Positions 59,351 through 64,000 of a stretch of 64,000 nt of DNA are shown in pieces. The stretch is from Octopus vulgaris. Its lineage: Eukaryota. The stretch covers positions 38,750,001-38,814,000 of the forward strand of contig OX597837.1 in NCBI GenBank assembly GCA_951406725.2. Direction: 5' to 3'. The notes under the pieces were generated by a model. That model searched no databases, had not been told where the DNA came from, and saw nothing but the letters and a program-made list of their open reading frames with translations. Numbering within the stretch: the first letter of the stretch is position 1; each line of letters begins with the position of its first letter. The position numbers and the translations under genes were made by a program.

Positions 59351-59836
59351 AACGTATCTACTGAATACGTACCTTAAGTAATGAAATTAGAATCCACCCG
59401 TAAGTACACAAAATATAGATACTCAGTACACACATATATTATCTTGAAAACTTATATACCCCAAATCGGTTATCGTTCGCCGACGTCATTTTGTTTGCTT
59501 TCATCGCTATTCTAAAAACCCTTACAGATCCTGTTCCCCTTATTAATTCGTACTTTCTGTAAAGAGAATGCCTTATGAAAGATGGCTTCCATACCCTAAT
59601 ATATATAGATATATAACATTGGACTGCCAATGTGGCGTCGGAAAATTTGGGGTTTTTTTGTCATTTGCAGAATTTTGTGGTCTGATTATGACCGCAGACT
59701 CTTTTATTTCTTGCTGAAGATTCGAGAAAGATGAAACAAAATTTGATGCGGGACATTTATTGTGTATTTTGTCATAATAAATATGCGTATTTGTATGTGT
59801 GTGCGCGCACTTGTGTATGTATGTATGTATGTATGT

Positions 59837-59877
<41 letters not shown>

Positions 59878-59915
59878 TATATATTTATATTTATATATAT
59901 ATAAATATATATATA

Positions 59916-59974
<59 letters not shown>

Positions 59975-60547
59975 ATATGTATATCTATACATACATGCAC
60001 ACTATTATACAAACCAATTTATGAATAAGATTCACATATGGAATGGCTTTTAGTGCCATATATATTGCGTATGTGTGTGTCCGTAAAAGTGTGAGTAACT
60101 GTGTATGCATGTGTGTATGTATGCATGCATGTATGTATGTAGGTATGTATATATGTGTGTCTCTGTATGTTCGATCATAGGAAAAGAATCAAGGCGCGAA
60201 GAAGACAAATTGTAACGGTTAATGCAAAGAAATATAAAATATCAAAAACTTTCACTCTTCCTAACTTCCCCTCTCTTTGTCTTTCTCTCCTTCTCCCTCT
60301 GTGTGTATGTGTGTGGTGTGTGTGTACCTTTCTATTTGTCTATATTTTTGTCTCTCTCTATACCATCTATCTATCCATCTATCTATCTCATTCTCTGTCT
60401 ATTTATCTACCAATCAATCAGTCTTTCTACTTCTCTATCCATCTATCTATCTATCTATCTATCTATTTATATACATATATAAATAAAACATATGCATACA
60501 TATATACATATATGTACATACCTACATCTATACGTAAATATACATGC

Positions 60548-60628
<81 letters not shown>

Positions 60629-61221
60629 TACAGGACACCTCAAATAAACGTAGAACACAACGAGAAACGAAAACATAAAATCAAACAAGGAAACGGACTT
60701 TTTTTAACAACAAAAAACAGAGTACAAGACAAACAATACAAGGAATATTCCCCTTCATCAGCTGCCCCTGGTTCGACTCAATGCGTGTTTCGAAGGTTAG
60801 GGCAGAACACGATCCGGACGAAACAATCCTTCCTGCAAAATGAATTAAATAAAATTCTTTTGCAGAGGTGTAGAAAAAAAAGGGATAAGAACAGGATGTA
60901 AAGCAATACAAATAAATAAAAATACAGTACACATAAAGAATAAAAACAGGACAAGGAAACCAACAATAAGGGCTTTTTTAAGCCTAGATGGTGGGAAAAT
61001 TCGTTGGAACGCAATTCAGAAGATCGACTTGCTGGAGACAAGAAGAAAGTCGATGTTGACTTGTTGAAAGCAGCGGGCAGAAAGGAAGTTTATTAGTCGG
61101 GTCAGCAGCCAGAGAGAGGAGGAGTGAGAGAGAGAGGAAAAGATACCAGAAAGGGTGGAAAATAAGGAGAGAGGCAGGTAGAAAGGAAGACAGACAGGCA
61201 GGAAGGAAAGGTCCCTGTCTG

Positions 61222-61347
61222 TAACGTAAAGACGGATGAAATACCTATTTCTTCTACTACCCACAAGAGGCTAAACACAGAGAGGACAAACAAGGACAGA
61301 CAAACGGATTAAGTCGATTATATCGACCCCAGTGCGTAACTGGTACA
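61222..61347 (-). mobile_element. SINE fragment containing the dimer junction
   Basis: GATGAAATACC|TATTTCTTCTACTACCCACAAGAGGC...GCGTAACTGGTAC. Confidence 0.8.
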
Positions 61348-61469
61348 AAAATAAACATTATTTTCCCTCTTACTGTTTTGTTTCGTTTTGAAAAATAAGA
61401 ATTTATTTTATGGTCTGTTATTATTTATATTTAGAATTACATAATCTTTTATGGGAGCACTAAAATCTG

Positions 61470-61689
61470 GCCGTTTCATTCGTTCGGAAGTCGATGGTCG
61501 CCCTGAACGAGGTTGATCTTCATGCGACTAGTGACCATTCTTAAAGTGTGAAAATCTCTCGTAGACTTGTGTTTTGCTCATGGCAGCGTCCTTGTAAGCT
61601 GTTGGAAGCATGACAACTGTTTCGTCCGTCGTGTGCCCCAGCAGAAAACAGAATTTCACGGATGCACGCCCTTCCTTCGTTTCAGCCAT
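61470..61689 (-). pseudogene. Mariner transposase N-terminal fragment
   Basis: MAETKEGRASVKFCFLLGHTTDETVVMLPTAYKDAAMSKTQVYERFSHFKNGH*SHEDQPRSGRPSTS. Confidence 0.85.
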
Positions 61690-61804
61690 CGTAGAAATCG
61701 ACGAACAGAGTTGAAGCACTGCAAAACAAAAGCGCACTACGTGGCAGTACGACCTCAGCCGACGACGCCGATCGGCAGACTGATGCCTGAGGGTTGCATC
61801 AAGT

Positions 61805-62010
61805 GCCAAAGGGTTGAGATGTGGGCTAGGAGAGAGTAAGAAGTCCACAGACCAGAAACCAGGAAGTTGGATTTGCAGAAATTTTCTACCTTCTGGGCAG
61901 TATGGCTGAGAGCACCATCCTGGGTCCACACATAGTTGCCCTCTGGGTAATTGTCATTCAGCCATGGCAAGACATGGTACCTCAGCATCTTGTAGTCAGC
62001 ACCAACCTTT
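61805..62010 (-). pseudogene. Tc1/mariner catalytic-domain fragment (DD37D/maT-like)
   Basis: LRYHVLPWLNDNYPEGNYVWTQDGALSHTAQKVENFCK, then after a frameshift LPGFWSVDFLLSPSPHLNPL. Confidence 0.75.
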
Positions 62011-62225
62011 AAGGCCCTTTGATTCTAGACCTTGCTTCCACACCTGAAACTTCTAGTTCTGGTAGTGACTAGTTTTGAAAGCCTGGACTACAAGAGGTTT
62101 GTCCGACCGAGAACACCTCCAGTTACTTTTGGGTACCTCTTCGAACATAAGTGGGAATAGAAAAGTTGGAGGCCATCTTTTTTTCTGTCATTATATACAT
62201 GTGAGTGTTTGTGTATGGGTATGTC

Positions 62226-62267
<42 letters not shown>

Positions 62268-62299
62268 TGTGTGTGTGTGTGTGATGGTAGCAGACATAG

Positions 62300-62440
62300 T
62301 CCATCAGTTTTCAAAGATGAGGACACGAGTTCGATTTCAATGAATGGCGTCTTGGTCAAGTTTCTTTAACATAGCCTCAGGTCCAACAAAGACAATACAA
62401 GCGAGAGAAACTGGGAAAAGGTTCTGAAACCCGTCCAAAT
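62300..62440 (+). mobile_element. Highly degenerate CORE-like SINE
   Basis: GAGTTCGATTTC...GGCGTCTTGGTCAAGTTTCTTTAACATAGCCTCAGGTCCAAC. Confidence 0.45.
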
Positions 62441-63089
62441 ATATACACCTGTTATTGTAGTTATAATACACCCTTATCATACACTGTGTGTCAAGCTATT
62501 TATGCGTAGGAGTTGTGTTAGGGGTAGGTATGTGTCTGAAGTACCCACATTCACCATCATTACGGTTTAACGCGGGTACCCTGAATTTTAAGAGGAATTT
62601 GTTTAATTTATCGAAAAGGTGAAAAACTCATCGTCGCCATCGACGTAGGCTCTATTTATATATCTCCTATTTATTTATTGTTATTTATTACATATAACAT
62701 AAATTATATGCAATATGTATATCATATACGGGAGTGAGCGGGAGTTTTTCATGCATGTATATGAGTGCATTTGCGATGAGTGTGTGTGTATGTATAGTAT
62801 ATTTTAGTCAGCGCTCAAACTGTATGTATGTATGTATGTATGTATGTATGTATGTATACACACACATGTACACATGCGTTATATAAGTTGTATGTGTGTA
62901 TGCACACACAAGTGGATTTAAATATACGTGAACACATACTTTTAAATAAACATACACAGCTCACACATATGCATATATACATATACATTAATACATAAGT
63001 ATATATGTGTGTGTGTCCGTGTGTCCGTGTCTGTGTATGTCTGCGTGTATAAATAAATACATACATACATACATACATACATACATACA

Positions 63090-63125
<36 letters not shown>

Positions 63126-63135
63126 TTTATGTATG

Positions 63136-63169
<34 letters not shown>

Positions 63170-63774
63170 TGTATGTATGTATGTATGTATGTATGTATAT
63201 GTATATATATCACTTCAATATGATATATATATGACACGTGATACTTATGAATATATGTATATATGCTGCGACAGAACAGATCATTGTGTAACATGCGATG
63301 AAGCTTGAAATAAGCTTCTACAGCACTTAGAATAATGGAAATAGTAGAGGCTTGTTTGTTTCAATGTCGTCAAATCACTGAAGCGGAACATCCAGCGTGC
63401 GGTGTTCGATACCTCCTTAATGATAGCGCCTTTCATATTTTGTGAACGGTGTGTTGTGGGAGAGTGGGGGATGACTGGCAGCGGGCGAGGAGGGAACGTG
63501 TGTATGTGTTGCTGCGTGTGTGTGTGTATGTGTGTATGTAGGTATGTATGCAGGTAGGTAGGTAGGTAGGTAGGTAGGTAGGTAGGTAGGTAGGTAGGTA
63601 GGTATGTATGGGCGTCAGCAGGCAGAGGAAGAAAATTAAATATATTTACATGCATAACTAAATGGATGTGTCCTCACATATGCGTATATATATATATATA
63701 TATGTATACATGCATACATATATGTATTACGTATGTATACGTATGCATATATATATATATATACATATAGAAAG

Positions 63775-63821
<47 letters not shown>

Positions 63822-64000
63822 GAAAAATATAAAGATATATAGAATGATATATATATATATATATATATATAAAGATATATTACACACGCACACACATACG
63901 AATATATATGTGTATGCGTGTATATATGTATATATATATATATATATATATACTATTTATATATGGTGCATAAAGTTATAGGTTTAGGTGTATATGCATG

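Overview
Eukaryotic, AT-rich window dominated by microsatellites ((TA)n, (CA)n, (TACA)n, (GATA)n, (CAT/CAC)n, (GAAA)n). The SINE and LINE complement suggests an Octopus (coleoid cephalopod) genome; this is inference. Almost all ORFs in the supplied track are microsatellite artefacts. Supportable content: many copies of at least four SINE families, a 5'-truncated 5S rRNA copy fused to a SINE tail, 3' fragments of L1/Tx1-like and RTE LINEs, five decayed Tc1/mariner transposase remnants (one with intact 25-bp TIRs, one split by a nested MITE), a non-autonomous Helitron, and two decayed Penelope-like elements (RT and GIY-YIG remnants). There are also 2-3 candidate spliced exons on the minus strand. 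The strongest unexplained signal is about 12 type I hammerhead-ribozyme (HHR) motifs, including unusual core variants (A3:U8 covariation; U6/C6 with an extra A and a loop-less stem III). They sit in short non-coding cassettes in or beside microsatellites (mostly (TA)n), and several cassettes fold back into long palindromes. Together these look like a diverse non-autonomous Penelope/retrozyme-like system. All motif, fold and homology calls were made by eye; none has been computed or database-searched.
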